A DNA stretch of 63,598 nucleotides, the filler included, from Octopus bimaculoides (Eukaryota), in the NCBI RefSeq assembly GCF_001194135.2. It is 3 parts of 2 records of this genome, joined end to end, with 100 filler letters (N's around TTAATTAATTAA, not from the genome) between each part and the next. Parts side by side here need not be neighbours in the genome. Positions count along the whole stretch, not along the records: positions 3,859 to 34,676 come from NC_068986.1; 2 more parts are not named here. The stretch is one strand, 5' to 3'. The notes beneath the pieces were generated by a model. That model had not been told where the DNA came from and ran no database searches. It worked only from the letters and a program-made list of their open reading frames with translations. Both the position numbers and the translations under genes were made by a program. Positions 10,429 to 22,731 of the stretch are shown here, piece after piece; within the stretch, counting starts at the first letter, position 1, and each line of letters opens with the position of its first letter.

Positions 10429-11154
10429 AACAGTGTTAATAAAAATGCTTTATTCTAAATAAGAAGCCTTAAAAAATAAAAAAAAAGGGGAAAACCAAAA
10501 GAAAAAAATGAATGAAAAGAAAAGAAAAGAAACATGGAACAGAAAGAAATGTCTACATAGGAAAATTCACTAGAATGCTCTGGGAAAGAAAAATAACTAT
10601 TTCATTTCAAAATGCAATTTTATAACTATGGTCTACAAAACATATACTTAAAAAAGTGGTTAGTGTATACCTTGTATCACATTTAATTAGTAATTCATGA
10701 TTAATCGAAGAACAATATTCTATCATTTTTCGAAAGAGGCAGCAGTTGTATTAGATTTGATAAAGCTAAGCAATAGGAATCTTCTTAAATTATTCCAAAA
10801 AGAACGGAAAATTCAGTGAAAGTGAATGACAAAAATATGGAATATGACACACTTGTGATTACCCTTGAGCTGTCAGCAAACACAGGCCAGTTGGATTACT
10901 GGTATTAGAAATTGGCTGCTGAGTGTGTTAATTGCCATTAACAAGTGGCTGGAACTGCCTGGAAGTATATCCATTATGTAGCGAGTGGCAGCCACCAACG
11001 GCAGTAACGACTGATAGAAGAAGCGAGTAAATTATCTTCAATCCGCCCAGTACAGCTCCCATTTACATGCATAATACAAATTTCAAACGTGACAAGAATT
11101 CCCAATGCACCAAAATTGGCATATTCCTCTTGCACAATACTTTTATCCCTTGCC

Positions 11155-11155
<1 letters not shown>

Positions 11156-11252
<97 letters not shown>

Positions 11253-11280
11253 AATACAAACACTCACACACACACACACG
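11156..11280. repeat. (CA)n microsatellite
   Basis: Direct reading. Confidence 0.95.
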
Positions 11281-11806
11281 TGTATATCTATGTATGTACA
11301 CACAAACACAAACCGATGTACACATACACGTTACATGTTTCTGTATACGTCATTTTGTATATTTAAGATAGGCGGTCAAGGTTTCGGTTTTTACGTACAT
11401 TAGCCCGTAACTTAAAACACTGAATTTATGACTAAAACTGAAACTGATCCAGAGAGGTGGGCAGTTTGGACGTGTATACGTAATATATACATACACACAC
11501 TCACAGTCACACACATGCACACACACACACACGTACACACGCACACACGCACGCACATATGCAAACTCACACATATTCACATATATATATATGTATAAAT
11601 ATACTGTTTACACATATATATATATATATATATATACAAACATACACATATATGCATAAATGCATCATCCATTTATACGCACATACATAAATATACAAAT
11701 AGGTATGTATGCTTATACATGGGTGCATGTATATCTATCTATCTATAGATATATACGCACGTATGTGTATGTGTATAACAATCTTCAAGATGCAAACTCA
11801 CACACA

Positions 11807-11873
<67 letters not shown>

Positions 11874-12483
11874 TTATTAATATTTAGCAGNNNNNNNNNN
11901 NNNNNNNNNNNNNNNNNNNNNNNNNNNNNNNNNNNNNNNNNNNNNNNNNNNNNNNNNNNNNNNNNNNNNNNNNNNNNNNNNNNNNNNNNNNNNNNNNNNN
12001 NNNNNNNNNNNNNNNNNNNNNNNNNNNNNNNNNNNNNNNNNNNNNNNNNNNNNNNNNNNNNNNNNNNNNNNNNNNNNNNNNNNNNNNNNNNNNNNNNNNN
12101 NNNNNNNNNNNNNNNNNNNNNNNNNNNNNNNNNNNNNNNNNNNNNNNNNNNNNNNNNNNNNNNNNNNNNNNNNNNNNNNNNNNNNNNNNNNNNNNNNNNN
12201 NNNNNNNNNNNNNNNNNNNNNNNNNNNNNNNNNNNNNNNNNNNNNNNNNNNNNNNNNNNNNNNNNNNNNNNNNNNNNNNNNNNNNNNNNNNNNNNNNNNN
12301 NNNNNNNNNNNNNNNNNNNNNNNNNNTATATATATATATATATATCTGATAAGTTTTGGTATCCAGAAGATCCAAAAGACAGGTAAGGCTATGTAAGTGG
12401 TACGGAAGGACCGCTGTTAGACTCCCGGTTTGATAATAGTATGAGTGAGGAGTCTTATGCAGGTCGTCTGTGAACGTGTATAT

Positions 12484-13189
12484 GTTAAATAAAAATGCGA
12501 CAACAAAACCAAAGCAGTGTGGAATTTCTAGGACTTTTATAAAGAGAAAAGTAGTCTTACAGCTGATTCAGGGATATAAAAGATATTCAATTATGAGAGA
12601 CGATATGAGAGAGTTAAATAGAAGGATGTAGTAGAGCTCAGTATAAGAAGTTATTTTGGAAAGGGGGAGATATAGGAAGTATAAAGGGAAATATAAATAT
12701 AAAAATAAAAATATATGTTGGATGTTAAACTTGCCGTTCCATTACCCAAGGAATGTGTTGTGTAGAATGGGTATAAAGATTTCTTGTCCATAGTATATAA
12801 GCTCCGGTATGAGTTCATATTTCGTTATTACAAATGGATGAACAAAATATGAACTCCTACCGGAACTTACATACCATGGATAAGAAGCCTTTTTACCCAC
12901 TCTACACAAAACATTCCTTGGATAATGGAACGACAAACTTAAAGTTTAAACAAGCAAACATATATTTTTATTTTTATTCTTATATTTTTCTTTATACTTC
13001 CTACATCTCTCCCTTTCCAAAATAACTTCTTATATTGATCTCTTACTACTTCCTTCTAGTTAACTCTCTCATATCGTCTCTGATGATGGGATACTTTTTA
13101 TATCCCCGAAACAGCTGTAAGACTATTTTTCTCTTTATAAAGTGTCCTAGAAATTTCACACTGCTTTGGCTTTCTTGTCTCATTTTATT

Positions 13190-13193
<4 letters not shown>
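12484..13193. repeat. ~340-bp-arm inverted repeat (fold-back), probably back-to-back Penelope-like terminal repeats
   Basis: 12484-12826 is the reverse complement of 12841-13193 at roughly 85% identity by eye, with a ~14-nt spacer. The right arm carries a hammerhead. Confidence 0.9.
13076..13123 (+). ncRNA. Minimal type I hammerhead ribozyme motif, intact core
   Basis: GTCT CTGATGA T GGGATA cttttta TATCCC C GAAA CAGCTG TA AGAC. Stem I is GTCT/AGAC, stem II GGGATA/TATCCC, stem III the palindrome ACAGCTGT. Predicted GUA cleavage after 13119. Confidence 0.78.
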
Positions 13194-13241
<48 letters not shown>

Positions 13242-13427
13242 CGTTACTTCTTGAAGAAGAAATATTCTTTTCTACTCTAGGCACAAGGCTCGAAATTTTG
13301 GGGGAAGGGGCCAGTCGATTAAATGGAGCTCAGTACGCAACTGGAATTTAATTTATCGATCCCGAAAGATGAAAGGCAAAGTCGTCCTCGGCGGAATTTG
13401 AACTCAGAACGTAAAGANNNNNNNNNN

Positions 13428-13477
<50 letters not shown>

Positions 13478-13502
13478 CGTTACTTCTTGAAGAAGAAATA
13501 TT

Positions 13503-13716
13503 CTTTTCTACTCTAGGCACAAGGCTCGAAATTTTGGGGGAAGGGGCCAGTCGATTAAATGGAGCTCAGTACGCAACTGGAATTTAATTTATCGATCCCG
13601 AAAGATGAAAGGCAAAGTCGTCCTCGGCGGAATTTGAACTCAGAACGTAAAGACAGACGAAATATTGCTAAGCATTTCGCCGGACGTGCTAGCGTGTCTG
13701 TCAGTTCGCCGCCCTA
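13503..13716 (-). mobile_element. SINE family A copy (duplicated across the 10-N gap at 13263-13417)
   Basis: Family A hallmarks. The copy left of the gap is identical. Confidence 0.82.
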
Positions 13717-13859
13717 TGAAGAAGAAATATTAAAAGAAGAAGAATTATTATACATCCACAAATGACACGCCAGATTTACCACAAAACAGAAACTCACAAC
13801 CCGAGCTTTTATAATTATACTTTTTTAACGCTTTTTCCACCAAATCGTGACCATCCAAC

Positions 13860-14010
13860 CGCACCATCACCATCAGCGTTATCCCCATCACCATCAGCGT
13901 TATCACCATCACCATCGGCGTTATCACCATCACCACCATCCACATCTTCATCTTCATCATCATCATTGTCGTCGCTGTCGTCTTCATCGTCATCGTTGTC
14001 GTCATCATCT
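13860..14010. repeat. 21-bp minisatellite (catcaccatcagcgttat...) x3 grading into (CAT/CGT)n
   Basis: Direct reading. Confidence 0.85.
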
Positions 14011-14442
14011 ATATGACTAAACCTTTGTCTTCTGAGTGGGCAATATATTCAAATCAGGAATCACGTATTGCCATACGACATAAAAGACATTTTTTCCTTA
14101 GTTATTTCGACATATATACTGACATGAGCATATTCGTAATGATACTCGCTTGCAAACGCGTGAAAATGCACATACATACAGGCATACAGGCATACATACG
14201 TATTTGCATACATACGTACATATCTAAATGCATACACGTATATCAGAGAGTGTGCATTTTCTTGTACGTTTAGAATACATATTATATACATGCACCCACA
14301 TGTTTATACACGAATACATATGTACACATATATACATTATTATACATGTATGCATATCTAGCTATTTATCTCTCTCTATATATAATATATATATGTGTGT
14401 GCATGTATGCGTGTGTGTGCGTTTGTGCGCGTGTATGTAATT

Positions 14443-14532
<90 letters not shown>

Positions 14533-14959
14533 ATATATATATATGAATACAAATATTCATAAATATATATGTATGTACTGACTGCACATAGCTGCATATT
14601 ATACACTGGCGTGTTGACATAAAGATAACGATATACACTCTAATTTATTGGGAATGAACGTATGTACAATAATATATAAAACATAAACCCTTGCACCATT
14701 TGTTTTTTCATTCAAAACATAAAATGTTCAAATACAGACGCACACAACGCTCAGAAAATTTTCTAGTAATATGTCCTGACAGTAAACACGTGCGTCGTAG
14801 ATCGCATTTTGAATTCCTGACTGAAGCCATTTCATTTCATTAACGATGCTACTGTCTTTTGGAAAGATATGTACGTCAGAACACCCATTTCCTATTTTTC
14901 TCAAACATATAGTTAAGAGTATCTTTTGTCAAAGTTATCACTATATTCTATTAATAATT

Positions 14960-15170
14960 GTTTCAAAGTTTGGCACAAAGCCAGTGATTTCGGGTGAGGG
15001 GTATGTCGATTGCATCGACCTCAATGTTCAACTGGTAATTATTTTATTGACTCCTGAAAGAGATGAAAGGCAATGTCAACCTTGACAAAAGTTGAACTCA
15101 GAATGTAAAGTCGAAAGAAATGCCGCTTAGCATTTTTACCGGCGCGCTAACGATTGTACCAGCTTGCCGC
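14960..15170 (-). mobile_element. SINE family A copy
   Basis: gtcgattgcatcgacctc...gaaaggcaatgtcaacc...gctaacgattgtaccagcttgccgc. Confidence 0.8.
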
Positions 15171-15202
15171 TTTCATGTATTTTATTAATAATAAATGGAG
15201 TT

Positions 15203-15370
15203 AAGGCGGCGAGCTAGCAGAATCGTTAGCCCACCGTACAAAATGCTTTGCAGGATTTCATCCGTTTTTACGTTCTCAGTTCAAATTTCCCCATTTTTCC
15301 TTTCATCCCTCTCGGGGTCGATAAAATAGGTATAGGTTAAACACTAGAGTCGATGTAATCGACTAAGTCA
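15203..15370 (+). mobile_element. SINE family A copy, head-to-head with 14960-15170
   Basis: aaggcggcgagctagcagaatcgttagc...ggggtcgataaaatagg...gtcgatgtaatcgact. Confidence 0.8.
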
Positions 15371-16260
15371 AAGGAAAAAGGAGTGACATGCTCCTTTGTG
15401 TTCTGAGTTCATTTCCTAGCAAGGTCCTCTTTGTCTTGCATTCTTCCGTATTTAATAAAATATATATCAGTCAAACTTGTGACCTAATGTCAGTAATAGT
15501 AGATGGTATTAGTGGTGCTGGTAGAAACTATAGTTGTCATAGTGTTGAAAATTTGTCACAAAACACTATATTTTTGGGTACGGCTTGTGATGTTTTCCCG
15601 GCTTTAACATTTCCTTAATGCCCTCCAAGAGCGGGCGGTGGTCGAAGAAAACACAATTTTTTTGTCTTTGTCTATTTTGAGCTCGATTATGAAGAATAAT
15701 TTACAAGAGCTATCAACTGTCTCTATTATTCTATCCAAACTCTGTGCAGATTTAAGTTTGGTTTCCCTCCACCCACCGTTGAAATCTGGCTGCGGTGGTT
15801 TTGCCTTTTATATGTTAATGGTTTCTAATTTTGGCAATAAAGCCACCAGTTTTAGGGAATAAGCTAGTCAATTACATCGACCTCAGTGCTCAATTGGTAC
15901 TTATTCTATCGACAACAAAAGTATGAATGGCAAAGTCAACTTCGATTGAATTAAACTGTTGATGTAATGAGTCGGAAAAAAAGCTCTAAGATGTCATGTG
16001 ATATGTCAACGTGGAGGCAAAGGATCAGCAATCAAACAAATATATGTATACTAATTTCGAAAGCAAAACTTGTAATGTTCTTGCAATATAATGACTAACA
16101 ACCAACACTAATCGAGATGAAGTGCAAAGTTCAAATCTCAGAAAATCAAATAGGTGGCCATTCAAGTGAAGACGACTGGCTGGCTTGTTTTGTCTCGTCG
16201 ACACTGATATGTCCTTCTTTGAACTCACTGTATATGCCACTTTATAACGTGGACTTGTGT

Positions 16261-16640
16261 TGTTGGCACTCCGTCGCTTACGACGTCGAGGGTTCCAGTT
16301 GATTCGATCAACGGAACAGCCTGATAGTGAAATTAACGTGCAAGTGGCTGAGCACTCCACAGACACATGTACCCTTAACGTAGTTCTCGGGGATATTCAG
16401 CGTGACACAGTGTGACAAGACTGACCCTTTGAATCACAGGCACAACAGAAACAGGAAGTAAGAGTGAGAGAAAGTTGTCGTGAAAGAGTACAGCAGGGTT
16501 CGCCACCATCCCCTGCCGGAGCCTCGGGGAGCTTTAGGTGTTTTCGCTCAATAAACACTCACAACGCCCGGTCTGGGAATCGAAACCTCGATCCTATGAC
16601 CGCGAGTCCACTGTCCTAACCACTGGGCCATTGCGCCTCC
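16261..16640 (-). mobile_element. Full-length SINE family C
   Basis: Minus-strand head ggaggcgcaaTGGCCCAGTGGttagg...GTTTCGATTCCcag. Tail ctggaaccctcgacgtcgtaagcgacggagtgccaaca. Confidence 0.88.
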
Positions 16641-16804
16641 ACAATATGGACTTATAAGAAGGTTATAACAATACAAATATAAATCAGAAACAGCACGTAA
16701 CAAACAATATCTTTTCGCAATGACTTCTGCGACTGACTTCACAAAGCGCCTGCACACATCACACTGGCTCTCACTGACAGGGCGCATGCGCCTTTATACG
16801 GTTT

Positions 16805-17245
16805 AGGACAGTTGACTTGCTATCCCACAGGGGTGTCAGAATTTCACCACAACATGGCTGGATCCTGAAAACTTTCAGAACCAGAGAGAAGGAAACCATA
16901 ATGATCCTCTGGATTACATTCGTCTTCAGCCACCTGGGCTACTTCTCCCAACTATGGTCACTCCACTGAACAGTGGACCTTGAAGCAATCCAGCGAAGCT
17001 TCACAAAGAAGATCATCTCATTGCAACAACTCAGCTACTGGGAAAGGCTGAAATAGCTGAGCCCTACCTCCTGGAGCGAAGGCGGGAGAAATATGCAGTA
17101 ATATACATCTGGAAGTTCCTGGAAGAGATTGTGCCAAATTATGGCATTGAAAGCTACACAAATGCCAAGACGGGTTGTCACTGTACAGTGCCAAAAATCC
17201 CAATAATGCCGTCGCACTTCAGAACCAGTCACAGCAAGAGGCCCA
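16805..17245 (+). mobile_element. CR1-clade LINE, decayed 3' part of the RT ORF
   Basis: Translation GWILKTFRTREKETIMILW...LEAIQRSFTKKIISLQQLSYWERLK*L...LERRREKYAVIYIWK, with stops and frameshifts. Confidence 0.85.
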
Positions 17246-17393
17246 AATAAAGGCAGCGACATCAAACTTGCTTATTCACCAAATGCCACATATGAGGGGA
17301 AGCTCTCAAAAATAACAGTGTAGCAAAACGGCGGTGTGTATACACACACACACACACACATATACATATCTATATATACATACACACACACAA

Positions 17394-17429
<36 letters not shown>

Positions 17430-18974
17430 GCGTAGCTATGTATATATTCAAGTGTGATAGTTCTTAAGTTGCTCTGTGATATTATCTAAGTATACCATTA
17501 TACTAGCTTTGCAATCAGTATTTTTATATTCATTTCACCTAACGCTTTTCAGCCCCTGTTGAAAAATCTATGTTCCTTAATGTGAATTCTGTCCAATATG
17601 ATCTTTCAAACCGTTCAGCTATTTTTTATCTATTTATGCTGATGTTTATCGTCTTTATGATTGATTTTAAATTGTATTTAAAGAAACAATATTTGGTTTG
17701 CCTTTTGTCTTGTGAAAAGTAGTAATCACATAGTTTTGCTCACACAGAATGAACTGTCAGTGTCTTACTAACAAGAACTCTTTCTAAGTTTGATGACTAT
17801 AAATTATCAAAAGATGAGTGATGCGATCAGGAAACCTCCAGCATCAATTTAGTTGCAGAAAGCAATTATTATTAAAGGCCTTGAAGAAAATAGAGTGTAA
17901 TATTCGGTTCGAAGTTCTGACTCTATGTGATTATGTACGAAGAATTTAGTATCGTATTCTAAAATAAATATATACAACTGTATACGTTGCTGACCAGTGT
18001 ATCCACAAAGGGACATTAGAAAACACTAATTGTCTTTGCAATGTAACATATAATTAATAATTCTTTTCGTCACAGATATAATAATTGAAGCTAGCCTGGA
18101 CGTCAGACGTGGTTATTGAACATATATTACCACGAGAGGTCAAATTGCAACACATTTTACATAAGATGTGTTACACTGCTAAATTTATTGTCTAAATTCA
18201 ATTTTTGCCGGTTAAAGATGGAATCAATAAAAGAAACAATGATAGGTTGCTCCCAACAGACATAATTTGCAAGTTAGTAACCCTAAGTGTGATGCACACG
18301 TTGCTAGCTAACTTTTAAACATTAATAAAACTTTGCAGTTCATCTTGGTCTACACATTTATATTCTCATTCATTGTATTTATGACATTTTCTCATAAAGC
18401 TAAAGGAAAAACTTTAGAATATTTCGGCACAATTCGTTAAGTTTTATCCTTAAACAAGCGAGTCAAAAACTTATTTAGTTATGAGTAAATTATAGCATTT
18501 CAAATTTCGCCACAGCTTTTTCTGCTTCAACTGTTTCATATATTCTTGCCAGTAAAATTCTAAGTAGATGCTCTCTACTAACTATGATAACTCTTTCATC
18601 GCTTCTTTGGTAAAGATGAGGGAATCTATGCTTTGCTGGTGAGGTCATAATAAAAGTAAAACATGTTCAAAAGATGTTATCCATTATTACTGAATAATCA
18701 AAATATTTTTTACATTAGTTAAGACCGTTTTATTTTCTTGACTCACTGCGCAGGTATCTCTTGTTATATTGTTAATACTCCTCTCATTTAACATGTTAAC
18801 GCTAACTTAACTATAAAAACTTGTTTAACAGGCTTATCGAAGAGTACGATTTGTAATGTGCTTGTGAGTACCTGTTCATGTTACGTTTACGCATCTTCGT
18901 GTATGTGGAAGAATTTATGTATCATGTCAAGTACTTTTGTAATGATTATGAGACTGACGTATTTATTTGTTTAT

Positions 18975-19196
18975 TGCCCACAGGGGGCTAAACATAGAGG
19001 GGTCAAACAAGGACAGACAAAAGGATTAAGTCGATTACATCGACCCCAGTGTGTAACTAGTACTTATTTAATCAACCTCGAAAGGATGAAAGGCAAAGTC
19101 GACCTCGGCGGAATTCGAACCCAGAACGTAACGGCACGCGAAATACCGCTAAGCATTCCGCCCGACATGCTAACGATTCTGCCAGCTTGCCGCCTA
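18975..19196 (-). mobile_element. SINE family A copy with an alternative 3' tail
   Basis: Family A head and core, with tail ttgtttgacccctctatgtttagccccctgtgggcaataaac. Confidence 0.85.
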
Positions 19197-19734
19197 TTAG
19201 ATTGACGTATTGCCTGATATGCTACACAGTATCACAAATTGTTGAGGGCTAAAGCATTTTCCGAGAAGCAGAAAAATGAAACTTTCTGAAAATGTTTTAA
19301 CTGTTTGTTTTTTTCTTTTTATAAGTTAGATTGCTAGTGCCCATAGTTTTTGCCACATTTCTTGACGAGTGAAATCGATGGTGTTTAGTTGTAGATTGAT
19401 AACTACAAGAAAAAACATGGTCAAAAAGAGTTTTATTTCCTGGGACGAATAATTGGACAAAATATTTCGAGCAGTATTATCTGATCAGGATTACAGTCGA
19501 AGTGAATGATGGGAAGAAGTGAGATGAATATATCAATTGAGCCTGAGATAACCGGGTATGCAGCAAGCTACTTCAGAACAGAGATTGCATTGTGAAATGG
19601 TACCCATACACTGGGGGATGGGCTAAAACAACACATCTGTAATTTAGTAGTTGTAGTATGTTAGGAAGTGAATCCTTTAGGTGTCTTTCTTTTAGATGTG
19701 ATCTTATGCGTTTGTATGTGTACCGCACTAAAAT

Positions 19735-19984
19735 AGATAAAAGGATAAATATCCGTCTCGAGCCATATAGGCATACAGGGCCGGTTTACCACTTTCCATG
19801 GCGTATATATTCACCACCTGGATGGGCTGCCGGTCCATCGCAGGATAACTCATTTTACCAGATGAGAGAACTGGAGTAATGTGAAATGAAATATTTTGCT
19901 CGAGAACACAATACATCGCTCGGTCCAGGAATCGAAACCACAATCTTACGATCATGAGCTCCTAACCACTAAGCCACGCCGTCC
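19735..19984 (-). mobile_element. SINE with family C head/core and a different tail
   Basis: Minus strand: ggacggcgTGGCTTAGTGG...GTTTCGATTCC...aaaatgagttatcctgcgatggaccggcagcccatccagg. Confidence 0.78.
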
Positions 19985-20617
19985 GTCTTGTTTTAAATTT
20001 AGTAGCAGTCGGTAGATTTATGCTGTTTTCTGCTAGAATGCTTTGGGCGGATTGCTATGAGTGTTAGTGGATGGCTATTTTGGTACCGGCTGATGGCTGA
20101 TCTGTTCCTCATGGTTGGCTGCACATGTGAATTTCATTCAGTATTCAGTAGTCGGATACAACATACATACACACACACAGACTCACACATATCCTCCCAC
20201 ACACAAATCTATGTATATATGCTTATATACACACACTCATACGATCACATGTACATACACATACTTTCACGTACCCACGCGTATATACATGCATATATTT
20301 TGGTATCCATATATATATATACATATACACATATATACATATGCATACATATATACATACTCCGATCAGCATATACATTTATACACTTATATATACACTC
20401 TCTTTACATATGCGGGAATACATACATACCTACATACATACACATAGATAAGTGAGTAAACCTACCCACTTTGCCTTGCACATGCAGATAACGAAGCACG
20501 TGTGTATATACATACTCGCACTCACAAAGGTCCTTTCTCTGTGTTTACTTGTCCTTTTTTCCATACTTTTCTCGTTGCTTATGTATTTCATGTTTTTGCA
20601 CCTGTACACATATATGC

Positions 20618-20663
<46 letters not shown>

Positions 20664-21200
20664 TATTTATTATTTATTAGTTAATTGAACGCCAAGCATC
20701 CATTTCAAAGTAAGTTTATCGTGACTTTTTTGATGTGACTCTACTCTATACTGTTTTCNNNNNNNNNNNNNNNNNNNNNNNNNNNNNNNNNNNNNNNNNN
20801 NNNNNNNNNNNNNNNNNNNNNNNNNNNNNNNNNNNNNNNNNNNNNNNNNNNNNNNNNNNNNNNNNNNNNNNNNNNNNNNNNNNNNNNNNNNNNNNNNNNN
20901 NNNNNNNNNNNNNNNNNNNNNNNNNNNNNNNNNNNNNNNNNNNNNNNNNNNNNNNNNNNNNNNNNNNNNNNNNNNNNNNNNNNNNNNNNNNNNNNNNNNN
21001 NNNNNNNNNNNNNNNNNNNNNNNNNNNNNNNNNNNNNNNNNNNNNNNNNNNNNNNNNNNNNNNNNNNNNNNNNNNNNNNNNNNNNNNNNNNNNNNNNNNN
21101 NNNNNNNNNNNNNNNNNNNNNNNNNNNNNNNNNNNNNNNNNNNNNNNNNNNNNNNNNNNNNNNNNNNNNNNNNNNNNNNNNNNNNNNNNNNNNNNNNNNN

Positions 21201-21246
<46 letters not shown>

Positions 21247-22731
21247 TCTCTTATCATTTCTCTTTTCAAAAACAAATATTTCTCCCAGCATTCACTATTT
21301 TTTCTTCTCTTTCTGCTATAACAACCCTCCATATTTGTTTTCGTTCGGTTTCCTTTTGTCTCCACTGTCCTGCTTGTGTTCCCAACTTTGATCCACCATA
21401 AATCCTAAGTTTTATTTTAGAATTTATAGGAGCAACTGTCTTTGAAGACTCATATTGCCGATGAATGCTCGTAATGAGGAGTAGACAGATAGCCGACAAC
21501 TGAAGAAGGGTCCTTTATCTGCGTTTACTCGTCCTGTTTTCCATTTATTTCTTGTTGTGTACGTATTTCATGTTATTTGCACCGTTGGTGACGTAATATA
21601 CCCATATAAGCATCTCTGATAGGGACATTTTTAATAGCGTTGCCCCAGTATATAATAAGGCTCTAAAAGATAGTGGTTTTAACGAGGAAATCACCTATAC
21701 ACCTGCCACCAGTCCAGTAATAAAGAAAGGAAAACAGAAATAGGAAAACTATCTGGTTCACACCTCCCTACTCACCCGAAGTGATCTTTAATATAGGCAA
21801 GTATTTCTTAGCACTGATAGATAGAAATTTTCCAGTCAACCATAGTTACAGAAAACTCTTCAACAGATATAACTTAAAAATTAGTTTCAGCTCAACTGCT
21901 AATTTTAAAAATATAATCGCTCACAACACACAAAAACCACAATATGAAACCAGCTGTTCATGCAGGGATAAAAATTTGTGCCCGCTAAATGGAGCTTGCA
22001 TGTCCGAGATCATCATTTATGAGGCCACCGTGGACTCTATATCCACTAAGGACACAGTTTCGACGAAGAAATACGTGGGTCTTACAGAGAGTAATTTCAA
22101 GGCCGGATTCAATAATCGCACCTTGAGCTTCAGGCACTGGGATAAAAGGAAAACGACCAAATTATTCAGTCATATATGGTCCTTAAAAGATAAAGGTATC
22201 AGTTACAACATCCATTGGAAGATCTTAGCCAAGTGTAAACCCTACACCAACGGCAGTGAAAAGTGCGGTCTATGTGATATGGAAAGATGGTTCCTCTGGA
22301 AAGGCAGCTTAGACCCCACCACATGTCTAAATTCAAGAACTGAACTTTTTGGATCATGTCCACATGTGGTTAAATACTTGCTACGTTTTGGTCCCCCCGA
22401 GATTACTGATAGGACTTGCTTTCTATATTGTGTCTATGTACAAGCTTTTTATATAAATATATATTTTTTGGCGAATGTGTGGGTGAGCATGTGTGTGTTT
22501 CAAGTGAGGGTGGTTGAGTATATACATATAGGCGCATGTACGTGGGTGTGTTGTATCCGACTATTGAATACTGAACAAAATTCACATGTGCAGCCCACCA
22601 TGAAGAACAGGTCAGCGATCGGCCGGTACCAAAATAGCCATCCACTAACAGTCATAGCAGTCCGCTCAAGGCACTCTGGCAGTAAAGAGCATGAATCTAC
22701 CGACTGCTACTAAATTTAAAGCAAGACGGAC
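19981..22731. repeat. ~183-bp inverted repeat pair (19981-20163 / 22549-22731) bracketing a Penelope-like fragment
   Basis: For example, tttaaatttagtagcagtcggtagatt pairs with aatctaccgactgctactaaatttaaa, and tggatggctattttggtaccggc pairs with gccggtaccaaaatagccatcca. Confidence 0.82.
21614..22395 (+). mobile_element. Penelope-like retroelement 3' fragment: RT thumb, Cys-rich linker and GIY-YIG endonuclease (one frameshift)
   Basis: SDRDIFNSVAPVYNKALKDSGF...IWFTPPYS...CSCRDKNLCPLNGAC...IIYEATV...YVGLTESNFK...HIWSLKDKG...WKIL...CGLCDME...LNSRTELFGSCPH. Confidence 0.92.

Noticed and set aside
13194-13652. Apparent ~220-bp tandem duplication (CA tract plus SINE) either side of a 10-N gap
   Set aside because: The copies are identical and end exactly at the gap, consistent with unmerged overlapping contig ends.
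16560-16640. tRNA-like A/B boxes as tRNA genes
   Set aside because: No complete cloverleaf. They continue into multi-copy SINE bodies.
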